Assembly: GCA_026396065.1 (NCBI GenBank) | Contig: JAPLXO010000011.1 | Span: 10,748 to 74,747, forward strand | From: Candidatus Nomurabacteria bacterium | Lineage (GTDB): Bacteria > Patescibacteriota > Minisyncoccia > Phycocordibacterales > UBA9973 | Reading direction: 5' to 3' | DNA: 64,000 bases | Shown: piece after piece, positions 8,702-18,572 of the stretch | Numbering within the stretch: position 1 is the first letter of the stretch | Layout: the number at the start of each line of letters is the position of its first letter | Notes under the pieces: generated by a model | What the model saw: the letters and a program-made list of their open reading frames with translations, nothing else | Database searches by the model: none | Told to the model about the DNA's origin: nothing | Position numbers and translations under genes: made by a program

Positions 8702-10978
8702 ATGGAAGATATTGTAATACCTGAAAATAAAGACATGACCTATCTTGGTCAGACTACTTTTCGTAACAAAAATGTTTTATTTGGAATAAAACGCAAAGAT
8801 CGTCGTCAGCACTGTTATTTGCTCGGAAAATCAGGTACTGGTAAATCTGCTCTCATGACAAATATGGTTTTGCAAAACATCATTAATGGTGATGGTGTTT
8901 GTGTTGTCGATCCACACGGAGAACTTGTAGAAAGTATTGTATCAGCTATTCCAGCTCATCGTTTAAAAGATGTTATTTATTTTAATCCTGCTGACACTGA
9001 TTATCATATTGGTTTTAACGTTTTAGAGTTATTAGATCCTCGTTACAAACATCTTGTCGCCTCAGGATTGATGGGAATTTTCACAAAAATTTGGGCGAAT
9101 GCATGGAGTGCTAGAATGGAATACATTTTAAATAATTGTATTTTGGCTTTACTCGATACACCAGGTACTACACTTCTTGGAATTCCTAGAATGCTCGTCG
9201 ACAAAGATTATCGTCAGAAAATAATTACAAATTTGAAAGATCCAGTCATTAAAGCTTTTTGGATTCATGAATATGAAGCTTGGCAAGATAAATTTCGAAA
9301 TGAAGCTATTGCTCCGATTCAAAATAAAGTCGGACAATTTCTTTCTACTTCCATTATTCGTAATGTCGTAGGGCAATCAAAAAGTACAATTGATCTTTTT
9401 CAAGTAATGAATGAAGGAAAGATTTTTTTGGTGAATGTTTCCAAGGGACGTATCGGTGAAGATAACTCTGCACTTCTCGGAGGTATGCTTATTACAAAAA
9501 TTCAGCTCGCTGCAATGGAGCGTGTGCGTATTCCAGAAGAAGAACGTAAAGACTTTTACCTGTATGTCGACGAATTCCAAAATTTCGTAACAGATGCTTT
9601 TGCTAGTATTCTTTCAGAAGCTCGTAAATATCGTTTAAATCTTACTATAGCTCACCAGTACACAGCTCAGCTTGTCACTGCCAATGGTTCCGCTGTGCGT
9701 GATGCTGTATTCGGCAACGTAGGGACTATGATTATTTTCCGTGTAGGTGCTGACGATGCTGAATTCTTAGAAAAAGAATTTGAACCAGAATTCATGGCTA
9801 CAGATATTGTGAACTTGCCAAACTATCGAATTTATTTAAAATTGATGATTGATGGTATTACGAGTAGACCTTTTTCTGCTAAGACACTTGCACCGATGAA
9901 TAAAAACAGTAAGGTAAATACTGAGGAAGAAGTGATAAAGTCTTCAAGAACTCTGTATGGAAGATCGAAAGAAGTCGTTGAATCAGAAATAAATTCTTGG
10001 AGTGGAATGTCTTTGGGAGACATAGTACCTCCAGGTGGCAATGCTGGTGCAGATGTAGAAAAATTCCCTGTAATTTGTTCAAATTGTATGAAAGAAACTA
10101 CCGTGCCATTCAAGCCAGAAGAAGGACGCGCTGTATATTGTAAAGAGTGTATTGCTAAAATGAAGACAGGCGAGTTGAAGCCTACAAAAGGATCAGCACG
10201 TCAAATAAAATACGATGAAGAAACATTTTTCAAACCTCTTGCCGATCTAGGTATTGAATTTACTTCAAAAGAAGCTCCACCAAAAGTAATACCAAAGCCA
10301 TACATGCCACCAGTATCAAAACCAGGAATTTTTGGGACTGTTAAAAAAGTCTTTCAAAATACTGTTGGAGCAAAACCTCCATCTCCAATTTCAAATATAC
10401 CAAAACCAATTTCTCCAATTACTACTACTAATGTTAATGTTCCAGTTCCACCAAAACCTCCTATAAATATTTTTAAACCACCAACTCCTTCTCTTAATAT
10501 TCCAACACCGGTAATACCAACACCTACTCCACCAGTTAAACCTATTATTTCTACTACTCCAATTGAGTCACAAAAACCTCAAACTGTAGTTGAAAAACCA
10601 AAAGAAAATACAGCACTTAAAGATTTGTTAAATAAAGCCTTGGCACCAAAGCCAATTACACCAGTAGTACCACCTATACAGCCAGTTGTTCCAGAAATAA
10701 AAAAAGTTGAACCAGAACCAATTTCTTTAGCTTCTTTAAAAAATCCAACAATTGCAACTCCTATTTCACAAAATAAAGATAGATCTGCGAGTGCTGAAAA
10801 TATGAATAAGTTAAAAGAATTTGTAGCAAAAATTGCAGAACCTCTTAAAGCAGAAGAAATAAAAAAAGAGGAACAAATTCCTACACAACCTCCAGTCACA
10901 CCTGCACCTACTCCGACGATACAAAAAACAACAAAAGAAGTTCCAGAAGATGTATTAAGGAAAATTTTAGAAGAATAA
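8702..10978 (+). CDS. VirD4/TraG/HerA-like P-loop ATPase with CxxC-x17-CxxC zinc domain and Pro-rich tail
   Basis: Walker A GKSGTGKS, DPHG, Walker B LYVDEFQNF, LSEARKY, AHQY; CSNC-x17-CKEC; about 250 aa Pro/Lys-rich C-terminus; start at ATG 8702 after TGA-TATAAT. Confidence 0.88.
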   Translation: MEDIVIPENKDMTYLGQTTFRNKNVLFGIKRKDRRQHCYLLGKSGTGKSALMTNMVLQNIINGDGVCVVDPHGELVESIVSAIPAHRLKDVIYFNPADTDYHIGFNVLELLDPRYKHLVASGLMGIFTKIWANAWSARMEYILNNCILALLDTPGTTLLGIPRMLVDKDYRQKIITNLKDPVIKAFWIHEYEAWQDKFRNEAIAPIQNKVGQFLSTSIIRNVVGQSKSTIDLFQVMNEGKIFLVNVSKGRIGEDNSALLGGMLITKIQLAAMERVRIPEEERKDFYLYVDEFQNFVTDAFASILSEARKYRLNLTIAHQYTAQLVTANGSAVRDAVFGNVGTMIIFRVGADDAEFLEKEFEPEFMATDIVNLPNYRIYLKLMIDGITSRPFSAKTLAPMNKNSKVNTEEEVIKSSRTLYGRSKEVVESEINSWSGMSLGDIVPPGGNAGADVEKFPVICSNCMKETTVPFKPEEGRAVYCKECIAKMKTGELKPTKGSARQIKYDEETFFKPLADLGIEFTSKEAPPKVIPKPYMPPVSKPGIFGTVKKVFQNTVGAKPPSPISNIPKPISPITTTNVNVPVPPKPPINIFKPPTPSLNIPTPVIPTPTPPVKPIISTTPIESQKPQTVVEKPKENTALKDLLNKALAPKPITPVVPPIQPVVPEIKKVEPEPISLASLKNPTIATPISQNKDRSASAENMNKLKEFVAKIAEPLKAEEIKKEEQIPTQPPVTPAPTPTIQKTTKEVPEDVLRKILEE

Positions 10979-11033
10979 TAAATTAAAGAATGTCGCGCTA
11001 AAAGGACTTACGCGACCTCATTTGCAAAATCAC

Positions 11034-11336
11034 ATGTTTTGGAATAAAAATACAAATATACATACAGAAAGTACAGAAGAATTTTTTGACGACGAAAGTT
11101 TTAAAGAAATAAAGATGACCTTTATTGGTCGCGTGGTTACTATTATTATTGCTTCACTTTCATTGATCGCCGCACTTGCTTGGGAGGAAACACTTCACGA
11201 TTTATTCAGAGAATTTTTCACTAGTAGTGAATCAATACAAGGTAAACTACTTTATGCAATATTGGTGACTCTGCTTACTGTCATTGTTTCTGTTTTCGTC
11301 GGCCGAAGATTCCTTAAAAAAGCACGAAGGAAATAA
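11034..11336 (+). CDS. Small 2-TM membrane protein (DUF5654-like)
   Basis: LSLIAALAWEE and YAILVTLLTV hydrophobic motifs. Confidence 0.65.
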   Translation: MFWNKNTNIHTESTEEFFDDESFKEIKMTFIGRVVTIIIASLSLIAALAWEETLHDLFREFFTSSESIQGKLLYAILVTLLTVIVSVFVGRRFLKKARRK

Positions 11337-11347
11337 ATACTTTTGCT

Positions 11348-11373
11348 GTATCAGTGTACTAGTACGATAGTAT
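11348..11373 (+). promoter_or_regulatory. Promoter of Cys-rich array with TrpR-operator-like box
   Basis: gtatcagtgtactagtac (14/18 to GTACTAGTTAACTAGTAC) directly before -10 TAGTAT, 7 nt from ATG. Confidence 0.5.
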
Positions 11374-11380
11374 AAAAAAT

Positions 11381-13135
11381 ATGAATCCAGAAATTAAAAA
11401 TTGTCAGAACTGTAAAAAAGAATTTACGATAGAAACGGAAGATTTTTCTTTTTATAAAAAAATGAAAGTTCCACCACCGACATTTTGTCCAGAGTGTAGA
11501 ATGCAAAGAAGATTGGCTTGGAGAAATGAGCGTGGACTATATCGTAGAAATAGTGATGTTCCAGGGAAAGAAAACGAACAGATAATTTCTACTTATCCAC
11601 CTACTATAAATGTAAAAGTATACGACAATGATTATTGGTGGAGTGATAATTGGGAACCTACTGATTATGCTATGGAGTATGATTTTTCACGACCTTTTTT
11701 TGAACAATTTCGGGAACTTTTGTCTAAAGTGCCATTAATAAGTTTTGCTGATAGTAAAGGAGTAAATAATCAATATTGTAATTATATTACTGAAGGTAAG
11801 AATTGTTATATGCTTTCTGCTGCATGGAGTTGTGAAGATTGTTTACTTGGAAATAGAAATTCTTTTTGCAAGGAAACTGTTGATTCTTATGTGTGTCATA
11901 AAACGGAATTTTCTTATGGAAATATTTATTGTGGAGAATCATATAAATTATTTTATAGTGAACATTCGTACAATTGTACTGATTCATATTTTCTTTACGA
12001 CTGCCGAAACTGTATTGATTGTTTTATGTGTTATGGTTTGAGAAATAAATCTTACTGTATTGAAAATGTTCAATACACACAAGAAGAATATAGAGAAAAA
12101 ATGAAAGATATAAATTTGGGTAATTATGAAACTGTTGAAAATAATAAAACTTATTTTAATAAATTTAAACAAAATGCAGTTCGTAAGTACGCCAATAATA
12201 CAAAATGTATAAATGTGACGGGAGATAATGTCGAAAATGCAAAAGATGCACAATATTGTTTTGATTTACCAGGAGGAATTGAAAATATTAAATACTGTAA
12301 TTGGGGTACGTATGGATTAAAAGATTCTTATGATACAGGGCCGGGGACAGGTGGTAAATCAGAAATGACCTATGAAGGAGTTAGTATTGGTGTAGCAAAT
12401 GCTAATTGTTCTTTTGGTGCAATTGTTTGGAATTCTAGTAATGTACAATATGCTTTTAATTGTTACTCTACGAATAATTGTTTTGGTGTCGTCAGTTTGA
12501 AAAGTAAATCTTACTGTATTTTAAATAAGCAGTATACCAAAGAAGAATATAATGAATTGCTACCGAAAGTCATTCAACATATGAATGATATGCCTTATGT
12601 AGATAAAAAAGGACGTGTGTATAAATATGGGGAGCTTTTTCCAATAGAACTTTCTCCTTATGCATACAATGGTGCAACGGTACAAGATTTTTTCCCTCTA
12701 GATAAAGCCACTGCAGTAGGAGAGGGTTTTAATTGGCAAGATGAAACGGAGAGGAATTATGAGGTTACTTTACCAGCCTCAAGTATTCCTTTAAATATTG
12801 AAGAAGTTAAAAATGATATACTGTCGCAAACTTTAGGTTGCATAAACGCTTCAGGAGATGTACAGGGTTGCACGAAGGCATTTAGGTTAGTTTCAAAAGA
12901 ATTAGATTTTTATAAAAGATTTAATATTCCTATTCCACATTTTTGTCCAAATTGTAGACACGCGGAGCGTGTCAGTAGACGCAACCCTATGAAACTTTGG
13001 CACAGACAATGCATGTGTGATAAAACAAATCATGGTCATGCAGCTAAGTGTGAAGTTGAATTTGAGACTGCATATGCTCCAGATAGACCAGAGATCGTCT
13101 ATTGTGAAAAGTGTTACCAACAGGAGATTTATTAG
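11381..13135 (+). CDS. Cys-rich zinc-ribbon repeat protein, paralog 1
   Basis: CQNC..FY...PPTFCPECR N-terminal ribbon; two CF.C..L.NK.YCI.N.QY..EEY blocks; C-terminal IVYCEKCYQQEIY. Confidence 0.9.
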   Translation: MNPEIKNCQNCKKEFTIETEDFSFYKKMKVPPPTFCPECRMQRRLAWRNERGLYRRNSDVPGKENEQIISTYPPTINVKVYDNDYWWSDNWEPTDYAMEYDFSRPFFEQFRELLSKVPLISFADSKGVNNQYCNYITEGKNCYMLSAAWSCEDCLLGNRNSFCKETVDSYVCHKTEFSYGNIYCGESYKLFYSEHSYNCTDSYFLYDCRNCIDCFMCYGLRNKSYCIENVQYTQEEYREKMKDINLGNYETVENNKTYFNKFKQNAVRKYANNTKCINVTGDNVENAKDAQYCFDLPGGIENIKYCNWGTYGLKDSYDTGPGTGGKSEMTYEGVSIGVANANCSFGAIVWNSSNVQYAFNCYSTNNCFGVVSLKSKSYCILNKQYTKEEYNELLPKVIQHMNDMPYVDKKGRVYKYGELFPIELSPYAYNGATVQDFFPLDKATAVGEGFNWQDETERNYEVTLPASSIPLNIEEVKNDILSQTLGCINASGDVQGCTKAFRLVSKELDFYKRFNIPIPHFCPNCRHAERVSRRNPMKLWHRQCMCDKTNHGHAAKCEVEFETAYAPDRPEIVYCEKCYQQEIY

Positions 13136-13137
13136 TT

Positions 13138-14886
13138 ATGGAATCAAAAACACCAAAATCAGACGTACTTATAGATGAAATCCTTGCAGGGCTTGTTCCA
13201 CATACACGTATATGTAAATGGAAAGGCGAGCATCAGCATTGTGAAGGCAAATTTGAAATTACGAATGAAGATATTTCGTTTCTTAAAATGCTTCGAGTTC
13301 CTGCTCCAAATTTCTGTCCTACTTGTAGAAGAATTAAAAGACAATCTTTTATGGGTTTCGCGCAACTTTTTAAGAGGAAATGTGATGTAGTTGGACACGA
13401 TGAATCTATCATCTCTGTTTTTTCTAAAGAATGCCCTTTCCCAGTTGTTGATTATAAGTATTTTGCTTCTGATGAATTTGATTCTTTTTTATATCGTAAA
13501 AATTATGAAGAGAATACAAGTCCAATGGAACAACTTTTTTCTCTAAGGAAAATTTTTCCAATGCCTTCATTTTTAAATCGTGATTCTTCGAGTATAAATA
13601 GTGATTATTCAAATGGAGGTAGAGATAATAAAAACTGTTATTACACTAGTGGTTGCTATACGGTAGAAAATGCTTGGTATTCAAATATGCTCGTGAAGAG
13701 CAAAGAAATAATGGATTGCCGAACTGTAAAACATTCAGATCATGTATATTCGAGTCTTTATTCAGACCATCTATATAAATCTTATTTTACTTATTTTTCC
13801 AATAGCTGTACAGATAGTATGTTTCTTTTTGATTGTAGAAATTGTATAAACTGTTTTGGTTGTGTAAATTTGCGTAATGCTAAATATTGTATTTGGAATG
13901 AACAATATAGTAAAGAAGATTATGAACAATTTATAAAATCAAATCTACCATTCTCTAGAGATTTTTTAGAAGAAAATAAGCAAAAATTTTGGCAACTTGT
14001 AAAATCACTTCCAATAAATGCTTCTAGAAATATGACTGTAAAAAACAATGTAAATGGTGTGATGAATGTGAATTCGAATAATTTATATGATGTCACAGAA
14101 TCTAGTAAAGCAGAAAATGTACGTCATGCAGATGGCGCTCTTACACATCAAAATTCTATGGATTTACTATACTCGGGCGGATCTAGTTTGCTTTACGGTA
14201 CTATAAATATCGGTTCTCAATCGAGCAACGTTCGATTTTCAGTTTCATGTAAATTTTCTACTAACTCAGAATTTATTTTTAATTCAAATAATCTAGATAA
14301 TTGTTTTATGTGTTTTGGTTTGCAGCATAAATCTTATTGTATTTTAAACAAACAATATAGCCCAGATGAATATTTTAAAATAATAGATGAAATAAAATCT
14401 GACATGATAAAAAGGGGAGAATACGACGACGGACTAAGTTTTGAATTTTCTGCCCAAGCATATAATTTTTCATTAGCCCAGATTTCTTTTCCTCTTACAG
14501 AACAAGAAATAATAAAATTAGGTGGTTATATGGCTGAAGAGCCAGAAAGTAATGCCGGAGATATGAAAATTTTATCAAAAGAAGAAGTGCCACAAACAAT
14601 AGATGAAGTATCAGATGACATTGTAGATTATGCAATTAAATGTGAGGTTACTGCTAGGCCTTTCAGGATTACTCCTTCAGAATTACAATTTTATAGAATA
14701 ATGAAATTACCACTTCCTACTATACATCCGATAGTCAGAATGAGAAAATATTATGAACTGGCACCAATCGGTAAAAGCTACCCTGCTGTTTGTTCTAAAT
14801 GTGGTAAATCATTTCGATCATTATTTGATCCTAAAGACGGTTATAAGCTATACTGTGAAGATTGTTATAAACAAGAAGTATATTAA
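13138..14886 (+). CDS. Cys-rich zinc-ribbon repeat protein, paralog 2
   Basis: Same architecture; ATG 2 nt after previous stop; ends CSKC-x17-CEDCYKQEVY. Confidence 0.88.
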   Translation: MESKTPKSDVLIDEILAGLVPHTRICKWKGEHQHCEGKFEITNEDISFLKMLRVPAPNFCPTCRRIKRQSFMGFAQLFKRKCDVVGHDESIISVFSKECPFPVVDYKYFASDEFDSFLYRKNYEENTSPMEQLFSLRKIFPMPSFLNRDSSSINSDYSNGGRDNKNCYYTSGCYTVENAWYSNMLVKSKEIMDCRTVKHSDHVYSSLYSDHLYKSYFTYFSNSCTDSMFLFDCRNCINCFGCVNLRNAKYCIWNEQYSKEDYEQFIKSNLPFSRDFLEENKQKFWQLVKSLPINASRNMTVKNNVNGVMNVNSNNLYDVTESSKAENVRHADGALTHQNSMDLLYSGGSSLLYGTINIGSQSSNVRFSVSCKFSTNSEFIFNSNNLDNCFMCFGLQHKSYCILNKQYSPDEYFKIIDEIKSDMIKRGEYDDGLSFEFSAQAYNFSLAQISFPLTEQEIIKLGGYMAEEPESNAGDMKILSKEEVPQTIDEVSDDIVDYAIKCEVTARPFRITPSELQFYRIMKLPLPTIHPIVRMRKYYELAPIGKSYPAVCSKCGKSFRSLFDPKDGYKLYCEDCYKQEVY

Positions 14887-14915
14887 TTATGGAAACAAAA
14901 AACTGTCAAAATTGT

Positions 14916-14968
14916 CCCGATTTTTTAAAAATCGAGGATCCACGATTCTAATGAATTATAATCGGGAT
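14916..14968. repeat. 53-nt palindromic insertion element (CCCGA..TCGAGGATCCACGA..TCGGGA)
   Basis: Interrupts ancestral-looking start ...AATTGT|AAAAAAGAT; second copy 22001-22053; related inverted copy in aspS. Confidence 0.7.
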
Positions 14969-14977
14969 AAAAAAGAT

Positions 14978-16684
14978 ATGGAACATCAATCAGAAAGTAA
15001 AATATGTCAGAATTGTAAGACTTCGTTTATTATAAAAGAAGAAGATTTTAATTTTTATGAAAAAATCAAAGTTCCTCCACCGACATTTTGCCCGGAGTGT
15101 AGAAACATACAACGTTTTGCTACTAGAAATTCAAAATCTTTATATAAACGTGCTTGTGATGGCTGTAAAAAAGAAGTTATATCACGATTTTCACCGCATA
15201 ATCCAGCAGTTATGTATTGCCGAGATTGTTGGTGGAGTGATAATTGGGACGCACTTTCTTTTGCAAAAGATTACGATTTTTCTAAAACTTTTTTTGAACA
15301 ATTTAAAGAACTTCTTTTCTCTGTACCACATGTATCACTTTTAAATAATAATATGCATGAAAGTGATTACTCAAACATGGAATCAGATGATAAAAGATGC
15401 TATCTAACCTTTGGAGGACATTATAATGAAGATTGTGCTTTTACTGAATATAGTCTTTGGGGACGTGAAGTATATGATTCTTATTGGTCATTAAAATCGG
15501 AACAATGTCATGGATGTTCTCTTGTTGAGCGTTGCTATCGCACTTATGGATCTGAACAATGTTATGACTGTCTCGATACACTTTTTTCTTTTGATTGTAC
15601 AAATTGTTCAAATATTATTGGTTGTATAGGGTTGAGAAATAAATCATATTGTATTTTTAATCAACAGTATTCTAAAGAAGAATTTTTTGAAATTAAAGAA
15701 AATTTAAATATTGGTTCATATAGAGCTCGAAAAGAACTAGAAGAGAAATCAAAAACATTTTGGCTTAGTTTCCCACATAAAGAGAGTTTGATAACTCATT
15801 CAAATGATTGTACTGGAAATAGTATAGTTAATTCAAAAAACTCAAAAAACATTTGGCAGGCAGATAGTGTTGAGGATTCCAAATATAGTTATATCGCAGC
15901 TTGGAATAAAAACTGTTATGACGAAACATCGGCTGGTAATGACGAGCTTTGTTATCTGTGCGCAAATGGTGGTGGTTTATATAATTCTATCGCTATATTA
16001 TATTCTTTTGGTTCAAATGTAGATAAGAAAAAACAAAGTTTTAATTGTGGTTATTCTTATACTGTTCTCAACTGCACTGATTGTTTTGGTTGTGTAGGAA
16101 TTCGTAATAAACAATATTGTATTTTGAACAAACAATATACCAAAGAAGAGTATTTTGAACTTTTAGAAAAAATTAAAAAAAGTATGTTGGAAAATCCTTT
16201 CCAATCACAAAAGACAGGACAAGTATTTAGCTATGGGGATTTCTTTCCATCAGAGCATTCACTTTTTGCTTACAATGAGACAGTAGCACAAGATTTATAT
16301 CCAAAAGATAAAGATTCTGCAGAGGCTCAAGGTTTTGTTTGGCGAGAAGAACCTGAACCACACTACGACTTTAATCATTATCAAATTCCTGATGATATAA
16401 AAGACGTAGATGATTCTATTTTGTCTCAAGTGTTAAAATGTGAAGAAAGTGGTAAGGGTTATAAAATAGCTCGATCTGAGTTAGCATTTTATCAAAAAAT
16501 GCAGATTCCAATACCTCGTATTTCGCCACTTATACGTATTCGAGACCGTGTACGTGCATTGTTACCATTTAAACTTTTTGATAGGCAATGTCAGAAATGT
16601 AATAAGGATATAAAAACTCCTTATTCTCCAGAACGCCCAGAAATTATCTACTGTGAAAAGTGTTACCAGCAGGAAGTATATTAA
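14978..16684 (+). CDS. Cys-rich zinc-ribbon repeat protein, paralog 3
   Basis: MEHQSESKICQNC...; CDGC-x17-CRDC and CQKC-x17-CEKC; ends QQEVY. Confidence 0.88.
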   Translation: MEHQSESKICQNCKTSFIIKEEDFNFYEKIKVPPPTFCPECRNIQRFATRNSKSLYKRACDGCKKEVISRFSPHNPAVMYCRDCWWSDNWDALSFAKDYDFSKTFFEQFKELLFSVPHVSLLNNNMHESDYSNMESDDKRCYLTFGGHYNEDCAFTEYSLWGREVYDSYWSLKSEQCHGCSLVERCYRTYGSEQCYDCLDTLFSFDCTNCSNIIGCIGLRNKSYCIFNQQYSKEEFFEIKENLNIGSYRARKELEEKSKTFWLSFPHKESLITHSNDCTGNSIVNSKNSKNIWQADSVEDSKYSYIAAWNKNCYDETSAGNDELCYLCANGGGLYNSIAILYSFGSNVDKKKQSFNCGYSYTVLNCTDCFGCVGIRNKQYCILNKQYTKEEYFELLEKIKKSMLENPFQSQKTGQVFSYGDFFPSEHSLFAYNETVAQDLYPKDKDSAEAQGFVWREEPEPHYDFNHYQIPDDIKDVDDSILSQVLKCEESGKGYKIARSELAFYQKMQIPIPRISPLIRIRDRVRALLPFKLFDRQCQKCNKDIKTPYSPERPEIIYCEKCYQQEVY

Positions 16685-16686
16685 TT

Positions 16687-18459
16687 ATGGAAACACGAAA
16701 TTGTCAAAATTGTAAAAAAGATTTCACTATAGAGGTGGAGGATTTTAATTTTTATCAAAAGATAAAAGTTCCACCACCGACGTGGTGCCCAGAGTGTCGA
16801 CTTATTCGTCGTCTTGCTTATCGTGAAGAACGGTCTTTTTATAAAGATGAATGTGATAAATGCGGTCATGAAATAGTAAGTTTATTTGCACCAGAATCTG
16901 ATCTTCCTGTCTTTTGTTCTCCTTGTTGGTGGAGTGATAGTTGGGATGCTACATCTTATGGAAAAGACTACGATTTTTCTCGTCCATTTTTTGAGCAATT
17001 ATATCAATTAATGAAAGTCGTACCAAATCAGGCTACAAATACACGAAATTGTACTGATTGTAAATATTCTCATGGCAATATACGTTGTAAAAATTGTACT
17101 TTTGTTTTTGCTGGTATACAGTCTATTAATTGCTATTATTGTTCAACACCGATTTTCACAAAAGATTCTTTTGATTCAAGCTTTATTATAAATGCTGATC
17201 ATGTATATGAAGGTGTACATATAGGGGGAATATATAATTCAAAATTTATTTATTTTTCTGATGAATGCTTGGACTGTTCTTTTATTTTTAATTGTGTTGG
17301 ATGTTCAGATTGTTTTGGTTGTGTAAATTTAAGAAATCAAAAATATTGTATTTTTAATATTCAATATTCTAAAGAAGAATATAAAAAAGAAATTTTAAAA
17401 TGGGATCTAGGTAGTTATGAAAATTTACAAAAAGCACGAGAACTTTTTATGAAACTTTACCATAAAACACCAAGACGTTTTGCATTAATTTCAAATTCTA
17501 CAAATTGTATTGGTGATGATATTCAAAATACTAAAAATTGTAAAATATGTTTTTCTGCTACTCATGGAGTAGAAAATTCTAAATTTATTTTTCAATGTGG
17601 ATTATTGTTGAAAGATAGTTATGATGTGACACTAGGCGGAGATACTTCTGAGCTTGCATATGAAGTAAATGGTAGCACTCAATCACAAAAAAGTTTTTTT
17701 TGTAGGGGTAGTAATAACTTAAGAGATGTTGAATATTCAGATAATATATACAATGGATCCAATCTTTTTGGTTGCGTAAAATTGAGACATAAAAAATATT
17801 GTATTTTAAATAAACAATATACAAAAGAAGAATATGAAGATTTAATACCAAAAATAAAACAGCATATGATAGATATGCCATATGTTGATAAAAAAGGACG
17901 AGTCTATAAATATGGGGAATTTTTTCCAGTAGAAATAGCTTTATTTGCTTACAATGAAACCTGGGCACATCAATATTTTCCTATTACAAAAGAAAAAGCA
18001 ATAGAACAAGGTTACAATTGGCGTGATCCGATAGAAAGGGATTATAAAATAACTATTAACATTGGGAATTTGCATAATCATATTAAAGATGTGACTGATT
18101 CTATTTTAGATGAAGTGATAGAATGTGAACATAATGGAAAAAACTGTAATCAACAGTGCACTACTGCTTTTAGAATTTTACCAAATGAATTGGGTTTTTA
18201 TAGACAAATGAATTTGGCTTTGCCTAGAATATGCCCAAACTGTCGTCATTATGAAAGATTAAAAAAAACAAATCCACCAAAATTATGGCATGGAAAATGT
18301 ATGTGCGATGGTGTAGAATCAAGTAATAAAGAATATAGAAATACTATTAAGCATTTGCATGGAGAGGAGCCTTGCCAAAATGAATTTGAAACTTCTATAA
18401 GTAGTGAAAGAAAAGAAATAGTTTATTGTGAAAAATGTTATCAGGATGAATTTATATGA
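16687..18459 (+). CDS. Cys-rich zinc-ribbon repeat protein, paralog 4
   Basis: METRNCQNC..., same architecture; ends YCEKCYQDEFI. Confidence 0.9.
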   Translation: METRNCQNCKKDFTIEVEDFNFYQKIKVPPPTWCPECRLIRRLAYREERSFYKDECDKCGHEIVSLFAPESDLPVFCSPCWWSDSWDATSYGKDYDFSRPFFEQLYQLMKVVPNQATNTRNCTDCKYSHGNIRCKNCTFVFAGIQSINCYYCSTPIFTKDSFDSSFIINADHVYEGVHIGGIYNSKFIYFSDECLDCSFIFNCVGCSDCFGCVNLRNQKYCIFNIQYSKEEYKKEILKWDLGSYENLQKARELFMKLYHKTPRRFALISNSTNCIGDDIQNTKNCKICFSATHGVENSKFIFQCGLLLKDSYDVTLGGDTSELAYEVNGSTQSQKSFFCRGSNNLRDVEYSDNIYNGSNLFGCVKLRHKKYCILNKQYTKEEYEDLIPKIKQHMIDMPYVDKKGRVYKYGEFFPVEIALFAYNETWAHQYFPITKEKAIEQGYNWRDPIERDYKITINIGNLHNHIKDVTDSILDEVIECEHNGKNCNQQCTTAFRILPNELGFYRQMNLALPRICPNCRHYERLKKTNPPKLWHGKCMCDGVESSNKEYRNTIKHLHGEEPCQNEFETSISSERKEIVYCEKCYQDEFI

Positions 18460-18563
18460 ATAAAAAAACAAAATTAAAAATAGAATCTTTAAAATATTTA
18501 ATTCCAATCTTGTTAAAAACAATTAAATTTCGAATTAAAGTTTGGCGACGTAAAAACTTTTAA
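18456..18563 (+). CDS. Possible 35 aa cationic peptide
   Basis: ATGA overlap with paralog 4 stop; MNKKTKLKIESLKYLIPILLKTIKFRIKVWRRKNF* fills the gap to paralog 5. Confidence 0.3.
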   Translation: MNKKTKLKIESLKYLIPILLKTIKFRIKVWRRKNF

Positions 18564-18572
18564 ATAAGATAT

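Noticed and set aside
14753-14977. ORF-track N-terminal extensions of paralogs 2, 3, 4, 6 and of rpsK, EamA 36372, 6239 ORF
   Set aside because: They overlap upstream genes; family alignment and promoter spacing indicate the later ATGs
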